Source: Candidatus Poribacteria bacterium (lineage in GTDB: Bacteria; Poribacteria; WGA-4E; WGA-3G). Taken from it: DNA of 64,000 nucleotides. Below, piece by piece: positions 1 through 9,471 of this stretch (positions are counted from its first letter, which is position 1; every line of letters starts with the position of its first letter). The stretch is taken from positions 128,001 to 192,000 of the forward strand of contig CAXXUA010000003.1 in NCBI GenBank assembly GCA_963663765.2. The letters run 5' to 3'. A program made the translations under genes and the position numbers. Below the pieces are notes generated by a model. The model searched no databases and was not told the DNA's origin. It worked only from the letters and a program-made list of their open reading frames with translations.

Positions 1-384
1 CCGTAATCCACGATGCACTTGAGAATGACAGTTTACATTCGTTAGTCCAGCAAGCTTTCGAAGCGATAAAGCATGTGATATACCTGTTTCCCAATCGGAA
101 TACTCATTTACCACCAGATAAAGTGCTTTTTCATAAGCCGGCACTTTCTGTTCAGGATCAAAGATACTATGCTCACCACACGGCACTTGATAGGTCGTCT
201 CTTGGATTTCTGGTATGCCTAAAGCTTGAGATGCTACTTGGGAATTATTCGCATCAAATACGGGAAAAGGTGAGGGTTCAAGCGGTTCGTATTCTAAAAA
301 ACTTTTGTAAGATTCAGCATATTTGCTGGCATCGGATAGGTTAATATGAAACTTATTCTCAGTTTTTGTCGTTTTTTGGGTCAT
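1..384 (-). CDS. Partial (runs off window start) putative winged-helix/HTH protein, possibly a mobile-element replication-type protein
   Basis: Not in the ORF track. ATG at 384 with upstream GAGGT RBS; the frame is open to position 1: MTQKTTKTENKFHINLSDASKY...EHSIFDPEQKVPAYEKALYLVVNEYSDWETGISHALSLRKLAGLTNVNCHSQVHRGLR. The last part looks like an HTH (S-x-R-K-L-A...V-x-R-x-L). Confidence 0.6.
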   Translation of the reverse strand, partial: MTQKTTKTENKFHINLSDASKYAESYKSFLEYEPLEPSPFPVFDANNSQVASQALGIPEIQETTYQVPCGEHSIFDPEQKVPAYEKALYLVVNEYSDWETGISHALSLRKLAGLTNVNCHSQVHRGLR

Positions 385-1025
385 TATATACCTCATTTTG
401 AGGTGCTAAAAGTATCACATAAAAAATAATTGAAAAAAAACTTGATTTGTTATTACTTGATATGGTATACTTTTAACAACTTGTTTATAGCAGGTAACCG
501 ATTTTAAAAGACTGTCCTGTCCAAAAATCGTGCCGATACTGCTTTAGTATACCCAAGATATTTCGTGTATCTTGGGTTTCGGCTTTTAAACATAAACTAT
601 TTAATTCATAACATATCTATCCTACTATTAATTCCAATAATTAATCAAATTAAAAATCATTAAATTTGCGTAATTTTATGAACAGGACTTACGCAATACA
701 CATGCAATGCAAAAATAGCATCATGTCTATAATGCTATCTGATATAAAATAATGGGTTTGTCCAACTTGTTACATAGCCCAACGAATTCCACATATACTA
801 ATGGGGGCGAAGGCACCACGGTGATGTGGTGAGTATAGCCCTTCGCCACTGTTGGACTTCAAATATTAGATGCTATTTTTACGAAAATAACAACATAAAA
901 AACCACATTAAAAAAGGGCAACATTTGAGAAGTCTATGATTACCGAAAACAGGCAGATACTAATGATTGTCAAAAATGTGTAAAGAAGGTAAACTTATCA
1001 AACACTCACCAAAGGAAACACATTA

Positions 1026-1586
1026 ATGGATTGGGTAAACAATTTAATGGATTGGGTAAACAATTTTAGTCTTGTAATAACAACCGTTGCTACTGTTGTA
1101 CTTGCGTTTTTTAATATAAAATATGTTCGTCTTGTGCGGAAAATGTTAATCTCCTCTCACAGACCTGAAATTATTGTGGGGTATAATTGGACAAAATTGA
1201 GAGAAGGAGGATTGAAAAATAACGATTTCATTATGTATCTTTATGTCAAAAATGTAGGACGTGGTACTGCTTATAACATAGACTTTATATATGATAAATC
1301 TTACGAACTACCTATACTTGAAGTAGGATTCCCAAATAGGATCCTTGACGAGATAAAGTTGCTCCAAGAAGGTATTTCTATTCTTGAACGGGGTGGTGAA
1401 AGAACAGAAATTGCATTTGGGGGAAATACTGTTAATTTTAACATTCTAAAACAATTTTGGGAGAAAGAAGAAAAACACACTACTAATATCAATGTGATCT
1501 GTGAAGATTCAGAGAAGGTTTCGTATAATCAAACTTTAACCCTTGATTTTTGTAGACCTAACTATTCTAACGAAGCCAATCCGTAA
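1026..1586 (+). CDS. Hypothetical protein with N-terminal transmembrane anchor
   Basis: 186-aa ORF with AAGGA RBS and one TM helix (LVITTVATVVLAFF). The start contains a 21-bp tandem duplication (MDWVNNL/MDWVNNF). Confidence 0.7.
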   Translation: MDWVNNLMDWVNNFSLVITTVATVVLAFFNIKYVRLVRKMLISSHRPEIIVGYNWTKLREGGLKNNDFIMYLYVKNVGRGTAYNIDFIYDKSYELPILEVGFPNRILDEIKLLQEGISILERGGERTEIAFGGNTVNFNILKQFWEKEEKHTTNINVICEDSEKVSYNQTLTLDFCRPNYSNEANP

Positions 1587-1613
1587 TACGATCCTAACGA
1601 GAGGGGAGACTTT

Positions 1614-3092
1614 ATGACACAAAACTTTCCCGACAAAGCACTATACGAAATGGACAACCTTGAAGTGCTACGTGGCATGAACAGCCAAACCGTAGACCTC
1701 ATCGCCACCGATCCGCCCTTCAACATCAAACGCAACCGCAGCGGCACAGCCGGACATTATGTAGACAACTGGAAATGGGGAGACACCGGCATGCTGCCAG
1801 ATCAATGGAAATGGAACGAAGTGCATCCAAAATGGCTTGAGGAAATTAAAGACAACCACACCGCACTATACCATGCCATAGACGCTGCCAAACATTGTCA
1901 AGGCGAAGATACAGCAGCGTTCTTGTGTTTTCTCAGTGTCAGACTCATTGAAATGCACCGTATCCTAAAACCGACGGGTAGCATCTATTTGCATTGTGAT
2001 CCCACCGCAAGCCACTACATAAAAATGTGTATGGATGCCATCTTTGGAAAGAAAAACTTTAGGAATGAGATTGTGTGGCATTATAGAAGATGGACAGCCG
2101 CTTCCAAACGTTTTCAGAAAATGCATGATATAATTCTCTACTACACTAAAACAGAGAGTTACATCTTCACAAAACCTTTGCAGGAATATTCCGATGAGAA
2201 ATATATTGAGGATACAGTTCGTGGAATGGTTGATGGGAAGCTTGTTCGCTTGAAAGATGAAAAAGGGAATTACATCAAAAGAGAAACACAGAAAGAGGGT
2301 GTTTTGATGCACGACGTATCGAACGATATTAACTTTATTGGACCAACCGCTGACGAGCGCACCGGTTCTCCTGACCAAAAACCGCTTGCCCTCTATGAAC
2401 GCATTGTCAAAGCAAGTAGCAACAAAGGCGATCTTGTCCTCGACCCCTTCTGTGGTTGTGCAACCACGATTATTGCAGCAGACAACCTCAAACGTCGATG
2501 GGTAGGCATAGACAGACGCATAGATGCTCGCTACCACATCATAACGCGTCTAATGGGCATTAGCAAAAAAGAACGCGAACGGATAGAGAAATACGCTACA
2601 GATAAAAACTGGTTAGAGAAGCAAACCGCAAAATATGAAATCCACTATCAAACCGAGCCTCCGACCCGCACCGATCAGGACGTTCCCACAGCCCCCGAAT
2701 TATCCCATGTCTATCAATACCATCTCGAACCGCTGCACATCCATGCCGAGATGCATCAATTCCTTGTCCATCAGTTCGGATTGAAATGTTGGGGATGCAG
2801 CTTTGAACCACCCGACAAACGCTATTTACACCTCGACCACATCGTCCCGAAAAGCGATGGCGGCACCAACGATATAGACAATCGCGCGCTCTTATGCCAA
2901 CCGTGCAATAGCAAAAAATCTAATACGATGAGTCTCACCTCGCTGCGGAGACAAAACAAAAAGGAAGGGTATATCCAACAAGGCGAAGCGATAGACCTCC
3001 GAGCTGCTTTGGCGTGGACGCGATCCCTTTTAGTCCAAACACTCCGAGAAACACCATATCAACCGCGCCTCCCCATTGAAAGTGATGGATAA
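1614..3092 (+). CDS. N6/N4 DNA methyltransferase (beta class) fused to C-terminal HNH endonuclease
   Basis: DLIATDPPF (motif IV) precedes VLDPFCGCATT (motif I). The C-terminus CWGC...HLDHIVPKSDGGTNDIDNRALLCQPCNSKK is a Zn-binding HNH domain. Confidence 0.9.
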   Translation: MTQNFPDKALYEMDNLEVLRGMNSQTVDLIATDPPFNIKRNRSGTAGHYVDNWKWGDTGMLPDQWKWNEVHPKWLEEIKDNHTALYHAIDAAKHCQGEDTAAFLCFLSVRLIEMHRILKPTGSIYLHCDPTASHYIKMCMDAIFGKKNFRNEIVWHYRRWTAASKRFQKMHDIILYYTKTESYIFTKPLQEYSDEKYIEDTVRGMVDGKLVRLKDEKGNYIKRETQKEGVLMHDVSNDINFIGPTADERTGSPDQKPLALYERIVKASSNKGDLVLDPFCGCATTIIAADNLKRRWVGIDRRIDARYHIITRLMGISKKERERIEKYATDKNWLEKQTAKYEIHYQTEPPTRTDQDVPTAPELSHVYQYHLEPLHIHAEMHQFLVHQFGLKCWGCSFEPPDKRYLHLDHIVPKSDGGTNDIDNRALLCQPCNSKKSNTMSLTSLRRQNKKEGYIQQGEAIDLRAALAWTRSLLVQTLRETPYQPRLPIESDG

Positions 3093-3232
3093 TATTAATT
3101 TTATAAGTAAGTCATAAAAAAGAGGATAATTCCTAATTTAGTTTTTCTATTTGACGTGACAAACCGCCAATCTTTGTGGTACCATGTATCATAAAATCTG
3201 ACATATTTCAATAGAATAAGGATAATAAATTC

Positions 3233-4276
3233 ATGGATAATCACAGAAATTATGAAATCCGAAGTGTTTTTATTTCATATTCACATGATAATGAAGACCA
3301 CAAACAGTGGGTATTAAATCTTTGCAATGATTTAGTTTCTGAAGGAATTGAAGTTATATTTGATGAGTGGAATCCTATTGGTAAAAATGTGCAGGCTTTT
3401 ATGGAAAGTTGCACAGAACATGATAGAGTTATTATTATATGCACTCCTGGATATGTTATGAAAGCAAATAATGGAAAAGGTGGAGTTGCCTATGAGAAAG
3501 CAATTATAACTCAAGAAATAATAAAAGATACTAATTATGACAAATGTATACCTATAGTTAGGGAAAGCTCTCCTTCACTAGATATGAATCCAAAGTTTAT
3601 AGGACACGCCAGATATATAGATATGCGTAATGATAGTGGATATAAAATAGAATTAGAGCGATTAGTCAAAACAATTCTTGGAATAGATGTAGAAGAGAAT
3701 CAAGAAAGAGGAGAATTGGTAATTAAGGGGAATATACTAAGAAAAATACTGGATTCCAAAAAAGATAGCATAATTAATTCGCATGACGATAAAACTGTAG
3801 AGTTGCTGGATAAAGTATGGCAGGAATTAGGCAATGTCAGAGCTTATGGTCACCTGGATTTTTCATATTTATCCAGAGATACAGAAGAATCTGACATTGA
3901 AGAGCTGAAATTTATTGTTGATCAATTGGAGTTGATGGAATTCGTATCTGTTATAAGGAATAGAACTTTAGGAAGTAGATATGGATATCCTTTCCAAATT
4001 AATAGAATAGATGCTATATTTGAAAAGGATATTAGGTTTATAAATATTATAAAGGAGCAGTTAAAACCTGTTCTTCAAGATTTACCTTGTGGTGAATCTA
4101 TGAAAGTAGAAAATATATTAGATTATCTAAACGATATAGACAAAGAACAAGCTAGAAATCTTATTTTGTTTGCCTTAAAAGATTTTAAGTTATCAGGATC
4201 TATTGAATTGTATATAGACCAATATTTGGGTTTCTCTCCGGGTGATTTGAAAAATAGTATGATACAAAAGATGTAG
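3233..4276 (+). CDS. SEFIR/TIR domain protein, probable anti-phage effector
   Basis: VFISYSHDNEDHKQWVLNL...GIEVIFDEW...RVIIICTPGY...GGVAYE, with the conserved TIR Glu. Very low GC. Confidence 0.85.
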   Translation: MDNHRNYEIRSVFISYSHDNEDHKQWVLNLCNDLVSEGIEVIFDEWNPIGKNVQAFMESCTEHDRVIIICTPGYVMKANNGKGGVAYEKAIITQEIIKDTNYDKCIPIVRESSPSLDMNPKFIGHARYIDMRNDSGYKIELERLVKTILGIDVEENQERGELVIKGNILRKILDSKKDSIINSHDDKTVELLDKVWQELGNVRAYGHLDFSYLSRDTEESDIEELKFIVDQLELMEFVSVIRNRTLGSRYGYPFQINRIDAIFEKDIRFINIIKEQLKPVLQDLPCGESMKVENILDYLNDIDKEQARNLILFALKDFKLSGSIELYIDQYLGFSPGDLKNSMIQKM

Positions 4277-4323
4277 ATCTATTAGGGATTAAATATCTAT
4301 ACCAAACAAGTATTTTCAGAATT

Positions 4324-4484
4324 GACATCAACGAGCGGCGTTCGGTATAAGGCGTGCACTGCTTTTGTTGGCAGGCAGACATTTGCGCTGTGTGGTAGTG
4401 TGTCGTTTCGCTTACACGGCACTTGCAACCCTGCTGTACCACCGCTTTGCACCGCACGTGCATTTATACCTTCCGCCCGATGTT
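4324..4484 (+). ncRNA. Candidate ~160-nt rod-like structured RNA (or ssDNA hairpin)
   Basis: GC-rich island in AT-rich DNA with nested complementary segments: GACATC/GATGTT, GAGCGG/CCGCCC, GGTATAA/TTATACC, GTGCAC/GTGCAT, GGCAGG/CCTGCT, TTGC/GCAA, GCTGTGTG/TACACGGC, AGTG/CGCT. G.U pairs favour the + strand. Confidence 0.5.
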
Positions 4485-4759
4485 CCCGATTTATGAGAAG
4501 AACACCGTTTTTTTGTGAATGTGGAAATAAAAAGATGTTCAGATTGCCTCAGAACACATTTATTGATATGCCCCTATATATACACACACACAGCGGGACA
4601 AGAAAAAACAACCATCCGTGAAAATACCTCAGAGAAATGCGAAATAGAAAGGACAACCCAACGAAAAACGACACACCGGAAATCAACTGCATTAAAAACA
4701 GTTGATTAAACGCAAAAAGTGTAATTTTCACATGTTTTACAAACGTAGTCTTTTTTTAT

Positions 4760-5091
4760 TATACCAATTCAAATAAATCTTGTCTCATTAAGGAATTCTA
4801 CTGTTTACTGGCAGGGGGTTACTCTCTTCGGTAGGAGCGACCCGGGGATTGCCAAAAGGCATTCATACCGTTGATTTGGGGGAATGCCATACGCGCATTC
4901 ATACCGTTGATTTCTTGATTTGCCGGTCGCGACCGTGAGATCACTCCTACCAGATTTCCGCTGGTAAGGAATTCTACTGTTTACTGGCAGGGGGTTACTC
5001 TCTTCGGTAGGAGCGACCTCCTGGTCACGACCATGATGTCGCTCCTACCAGATTTCCGCTGCTAATGAGACATTATCACATGAAAATGGTA
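4760..5091. mobile_element. Composite MITE containing two tandem REP-like units
   Basis: Imperfect terminal IRs TATACCA..TTCA...TGTCTCATTA / TAATGAGACA...TGAAAATGGTATA. Internal direct repeat TAAGGAATTCTACTG...GGTAGGAGCGACC at 4788 and 4965. GCATTCATACCGTTGATTT occurs twice inside the first hairpin loop. Confidence 0.65.
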
Positions 5092-5110
5092 TAATCAAGG
5101 AGTATTACAC

Positions 5111-6268
5111 ATGGCAATAAAACCAGAAAGTATATGGACAGCTGAAGATAAATCTTACACAGTTCTCGTGTATAACTGCAATACCTCTAAACAGATGGTT
5201 ACCAGTGTCCTAAAATATTCTGAAAGAAAATATTCACCTCTATTATGCGATAATATAAGGTTTTCAACTCCTGAACGTTTTCGTACGATAGAAGTTCCTC
5301 CTGGTGCAGAACTTACGAGAGATGAGTTAGAAGCAACACGACAAGAATTTATTCCGATAGAACAATCAAGTGAATTACATAGTAGTCTCGCAAGAAGCAT
5401 TAACAAAGAACCTTCAGAATTAATGACTCGCTTAAAAATAACTTTTCACGTCAACGACTGTTGGATTTATAGCACAGCTGCGGATTATATGCCAAAGGAG
5501 ACACAATCGCCAGACCATAATTGCATTACACGTATAGATAATCCTTACAAGTTTGCTCTACAAACAGGTAGGAATATTGCCCAAAGGATATGTTCAAACA
5601 AAAAATTTGTAGAAGAGCATTTAGAATATTGTCCACGTGGTAAAAGTTTTGATCTATACAATCAATTACATGAATCCTACTCGTGGATTGGCGAAAAAGT
5701 GATTTTAGTCGTACACGGTTTGGTTGATTATAGTTATGATGAAACTGATGATTATAATCGTCCATTACAATTTATTAAACGTCAAAATTATAATGTTCAA
5801 CAGGAATATCGATTTACAGCACAAGTGTTAGGTTATTCAATGAAAAAACAGTACGTTGACTTAGATACTCCAGTTGATTTGAAAAGCCTTATGTCCCTTG
5901 TTGGCAGCGAATTACAGGAGTCACTTGTTATCAAAAGCGTATCACCTCAAAAAATGATTAAAAGACTATTCGGGGAACGTATAGAGAGTTTTCATCTAGT
6001 ATGTCAAGATGGTGAAAAGTTGTTTAAGGTGTGTGATTACGATTTAAATACACATCAACCAATAAACATTGATACCACAGTATCAAGCAAATACTTGAAT
6101 TTCGATTTGCTGAATGTAGACGTTTCCAAAATGCTAAGTTCTGGCCAATCAGGTGTTTCCCTGAAAGTTGGTACCCTTGTGAATGGAGATGTTTTAGATA
6201 TATTCAGTTTCGTTGTTAAAATTGCCGGATACCCACCACATATCCTACCATTTAACTTGCTTAAGTAG
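5111..6268 (+). CDS. Hypothetical protein, N-terminal half DUF2971-like (possible ADP-ribosyltransferase fold)
   Basis: 385-aa ORF with AGGAG RBS. Motifs IRFST..RFR, WIYSTA, GLVDY and FIKRQNYNVQQEYRF resemble the K-x3-Y/W-x2-E/Q-x-E-x-R signature. Confidence 0.55.
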   Translation: MAIKPESIWTAEDKSYTVLVYNCNTSKQMVTSVLKYSERKYSPLLCDNIRFSTPERFRTIEVPPGAELTRDELEATRQEFIPIEQSSELHSSLARSINKEPSELMTRLKITFHVNDCWIYSTAADYMPKETQSPDHNCITRIDNPYKFALQTGRNIAQRICSNKKFVEEHLEYCPRGKSFDLYNQLHESYSWIGEKVILVVHGLVDYSYDETDDYNRPLQFIKRQNYNVQQEYRFTAQVLGYSMKKQYVDLDTPVDLKSLMSLVGSELQESLVIKSVSPQKMIKRLFGERIESFHLVCQDGEKLFKVCDYDLNTHQPINIDTTVSSKYLNFDLLNVDVSKMLSSGQSGVSLKVGTLVNGDVLDIFSFVVKIAGYPPHILPFNLLK

Positions 6269-6486
6269 TTGTGCTAAATAACTATATGTTAATCATTGTT
6301 TCACATAAACATGACGTTTTGCAGGTGTCCTTCATAATTTGAAACGTCTTCAGTCCCGTAGGGACGATATGTTTATAGAAAAACGTCATAGTACATCCTC
6401 TTTAGTCCCGTAGGGACGATATGTGTGCATTATAAACCTAATATATGTAAAAACTTTGAAAACAATGGGGGAACTGGCATAAGTCG
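6266..6486. mobile_element. MITE family A (TIR CGACTTGTGC) carrying two GTCCCGTAGGGAC REP-like palindromes
   Basis: Near-identical inverted copy at 45239-45463; related copies at 61620-61952 and 62073-62370. Confidence 0.8.
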
Positions 6487-6504
6487 TAAATTTAGTAAAT
6501 ATTT

Positions 6505-6845
6505 TCTTATTATGCACCCTTTTCAATCTAAAACTGTGTCTTTAATATATGAAGGCTATTTCATACTGATGCGTTGATTTAGAGTTTGCATCATTGGATA
6601 ACATATAGTTTTATCTTAACAATATTTCACAAAGGAGATATATTGGTAACCACATTATTCCTGACCGGGGGATCATCAACCCCGCATTAACCGAACCTTG
6701 CCAACAAGACACATTAAGTTCGCAAGGGAACACACAAATAAGGAGGTATTGACATGCCAAAACAATTACAGTGGGCAATAGGCGGACTCGCGCTTCTTAT
6801 AGTCGGTTTCGTGGCATTACAAATCTACTTGTCCGTAGACATGAA
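6505..6845 (+). repeat. Duplicated promoter/leader plus 5' gene segment (copy 1)
   Basis: Near-identical to 9385-9471 + 10936-11182. Includes a 15-codon uORF (6643-6690) with an AAAGGAG RBS. Confidence 0.85.
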
Positions 6846-7653
6846 ACGGTTCAAAGAGGAACTTGCCGGTCCAGAACCCAAAACAGAGACAGAAACCGAA
6901 CAACCCCCCGAACAGGTGCAAGTGCCTGAAGTAGATAAAAGGCCTTCACAAAAGAACGGGCATTCTCAGGCAAATGGCACGTTTGATGAAGAGCGTGCAC
7001 AGAGGTCTGAAACGTCTAAGACACAAGAAGTACCAGTGGAACAAGTATCTACGCCTCAAAAGCATAAAGGTCATTCTCGCGTTGGGTCGGATTATCCTTT
7101 ATTGATTGAAACAGAGAACCCGGTGGTTGGTAAAGGCATCTTTTTGCGAACGATAGATGGGACGGGCATTGATATTGATTGGGAAACGCTTTCACCTGCG
7201 GAACTTGCTGAGAAGATAAGACAGGCGGAACGCGAGGAACTTCCGCTACCTGATGGATATTACTATAGGTGTTTCTCGGATGGGGCTCTGCTGAAGGATG
7301 AAAGGGGGTTTCCAATTCTCCACAAAAAAGGTGAGCCTTTTATTTCTGTGATATGGGAAATAGAGTTTAAACCGTCACCTGAACAATTTGAGGAATACAT
7401 GGAACTTTATAGGTGGTCGAATAAACTTTGGGTAGATAATCCAGATTCCCCCGAGTACAACACCGTTAAGGCAGAATTGGATGAGATGGAACAAACTTAC
7501 GTTGGTCCTCTCCCTACTGTTTTTCAGGTATCAGGTGCGGCACAACCTGGGGAGTTTGAGGCGCAACAGGCACGTGCTTCCGCACTCACACATACTTTAC
7601 AAATTGAGATGTTTAAACAATTGAATTTAGAGTATCTATTAGAAATTTACTAA
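6754..7653 (+). CDS. Membrane-anchored/secreted hypothetical protein (paralog of 11090-11749)
   Basis: AGGAGG RBS and N-terminal TM. The first ~31 aa are nearly identical to ORF 11090. Confidence 0.8.
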   Translation: MPKQLQWAIGGLALLIVGFVALQIYLSVDMKRFKEELAGPEPKTETETEQPPEQVQVPEVDKRPSQKNGHSQANGTFDEERAQRSETSKTQEVPVEQVSTPQKHKGHSRVGSDYPLLIETENPVVGKGIFLRTIDGTGIDIDWETLSPAELAEKIRQAEREELPLPDGYYYRCFSDGALLKDERGFPILHKKGEPFISVIWEIEFKPSPEQFEEYMELYRWSNKLWVDNPDSPEYNTVKAELDEMEQTYVGPLPTVFQVSGAAQPGEFEAQQARASALTHTLQIEMFKQLNLEYLLEIY

Positions 7654-7677
7654 GACATTTATACAAAGGAGATTATT

Positions 7678-9069
7678 GTGAAAATAATGAATCTGTTGAT
7701 AGAAAAGCGCGTCATGTTTATGAGTCTACTGCTTCTGCTTATTTTTGTGTCACTTGTGTCAGGAGCAATTTTCTTTCGATACGATGATATATCCCCCCAA
7801 GTAGGAGGGATAGATTATAGTGATTCTAATAGTCAGCCGATTGTAAGAAAGCACGAGATCAACACAGGAACTGTCATGTGGTCGAACGGAAGAAAAGTCA
7901 AGGTTTATGTTTTGGGACACGCGAGGGGAGTGGGGCATGGTGAAGGAACGTTAGCACCAGTCACGATACTCGGAAAAACTATACCAAGTCATCAAGATGG
8001 TTCTGAGGAGGTCGGTACTAAAACAAAGTTTGGGAAATGGGATTATGGAAACAAGACAGTTTGGACTTACAAAGCAGAGAATATACCAATTCGGAGTAGA
8101 GAGACGAGTTTTCCTTGGAGTGCGGAAGGTTCTATAAAACTGTCACCGTATGGTTGGCAGGAAACAGTCTCATCGGGGGGTGGTTTCACTATTCCGTTAA
8201 CGATAACAGGAACGTTTAGCACTTCGGGAAGGTGGATTACGGTTGATTCTAAAGCAACTACTCAGCATGCTGCGTCAGGGTCTTCGGGGACGCACACAGT
8301 GGAGGTGAAATACTACTGTTATTCTTGTAAGGCAGAGGGTGATACGAAGGAATCCATCGGTGGTAAAGATACACATTCAAAAATCACTTGTGAAAGAGAG
8401 GGGTGTGGCGTTCAATACCGGAAATGTGATACTTCTGCTGCATGGTTGCATTTAATCTGTGATGGGTGTTCGACGTGGCGATGTGATTCGAGCACGGGCA
8501 AGTACCATGCTAACCTTAGGTGTAATGGAAGATTGTCAAACGGTAAGTTTATTGATAGTTGTAGAGATGAGTATTGGACTTGTGCCTCGGATGCGTGGGA
8601 GCATAGTACAAGAATGGTTCCCTGTGGCGGCTGCGGTGAACCTTATATGGGGTGTGCCTATGACAAGCATCGTTATATAATATATTGCCATATACAAGGA
8701 CCGAATGGAGAGTCTTGTATTGCTGGGGGCAACTATGTATGCCAGGGTCACACGTGTCAATACCCGGAACCGGGTCTGTCTTATGTTGAAACGTCATCCC
8801 GTTCACATTCAGTGACGTTGTATACGAAGACAAGCGGTTATTCAAAAATTGAGTGGTATATATACGGACCAAATGATGATGGTGACTTAGGTAGAAAATT
8901 AGATACGACTTCACCTTCAAGTTCCACGCTTGAGACAAAAGCAACATTTAGTTTGAATTTGCCTGTTGATGCTGTGAGCGGATGGTATAAGTTTACTGCA
9001 GTTATTACTCCACATGGTTCCTCGTCTGATGACCCCTATGCATATTCTTACTTTTTCAGAGTAGATTGA
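7678..9069 (+). CDS. Secreted Cys/His-rich repeat protein with C-terminal beta-sandwich-like domain
   Basis: Signal peptide; repeated H-x-C-x2-9-C-G-x2-Y/W-x-C units (HSKITCEREGCGVQYRKC, CRDEYWTC, CGGCGEPYMGC). Confidence 0.75.
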   Translation: MKIMNLLIEKRVMFMSLLLLLIFVSLVSGAIFFRYDDISPQVGGIDYSDSNSQPIVRKHEINTGTVMWSNGRKVKVYVLGHARGVGHGEGTLAPVTILGKTIPSHQDGSEEVGTKTKFGKWDYGNKTVWTYKAENIPIRSRETSFPWSAEGSIKLSPYGWQETVSSGGGFTIPLTITGTFSTSGRWITVDSKATTQHAASGSSGTHTVEVKYYCYSCKAEGDTKESIGGKDTHSKITCEREGCGVQYRKCDTSAAWLHLICDGCSTWRCDSSTGKYHANLRCNGRLSNGKFIDSCRDEYWTCASDAWEHSTRMVPCGGCGEPYMGCAYDKHRYIIYCHIQGPNGESCIAGGNYVCQGHTCQYPEPGLSYVETSSRSHSVTLYTKTSGYSKIEWYIYGPNDDGDLGRKLDTTSPSSSTLETKATFSLNLPVDAVSGWYKFTAVITPHGSSSDDPYAYSYFFRVD

Positions 9070-9097
9070 TTTTTATTTTGATTTTTCTTTAGTGAAC

Positions 9098-9132
9098 AGG
9101 CAGGTATCCATTTTGGGTATCTGCCTTTTTTC
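9098..9132 (+). terminator. Rho-independent terminator
   Basis: AGGCAGGTATCCA-TTT-TGGGTATCTGCCT followed by a T-tract, downstream of the 7678-9069 gene. Confidence 0.75.
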
Positions 9133-9471
9133 TTCGGAATAAGTCGTTTTGGACTTAAATAGTTGTCAAAAAGTGCGATTACCCCTATTTATAGTAAACT
9201 CTATAATTACTTGTACACTTTTATAATATCATCAATAGACAAATCGGGATCGTATTCGAGTTTTACGCTTAATATTAGCAAAATCTTTCTCAAGCAGAAC
9301 ACCTAGTCAATAAAATTTGCTTAGTTTGTTATCTCCCTGCGTTTTTTCACCAATATTTAGATAAAATTCAAATATTTTATGCCGTATGCACCCTTTTGGT
9401 CTAAAACTGTGTCTTTAACTATAGAGGCTATTTCATACTGATGCGTTGATTTAGAGTATGCATCATTGGAT

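Noticed and set aside
75-344. 89-aa + strand ORF
   Set aside because: It is the shadow of the minus-strand gene starting at 384, which has an RBS and protein-like composition.
1965-2811. Antisense ORFs within the MTase gene (and similar ones within rpoD, mutS2 and secD)
   Set aside because: These are shadow ORFs opposite well-supported genes.
4200-4731. Several short overlapping ORFs
   Set aside because: No RBS or motifs. The region is better explained by a structured non-coding element and low-complexity spacer.
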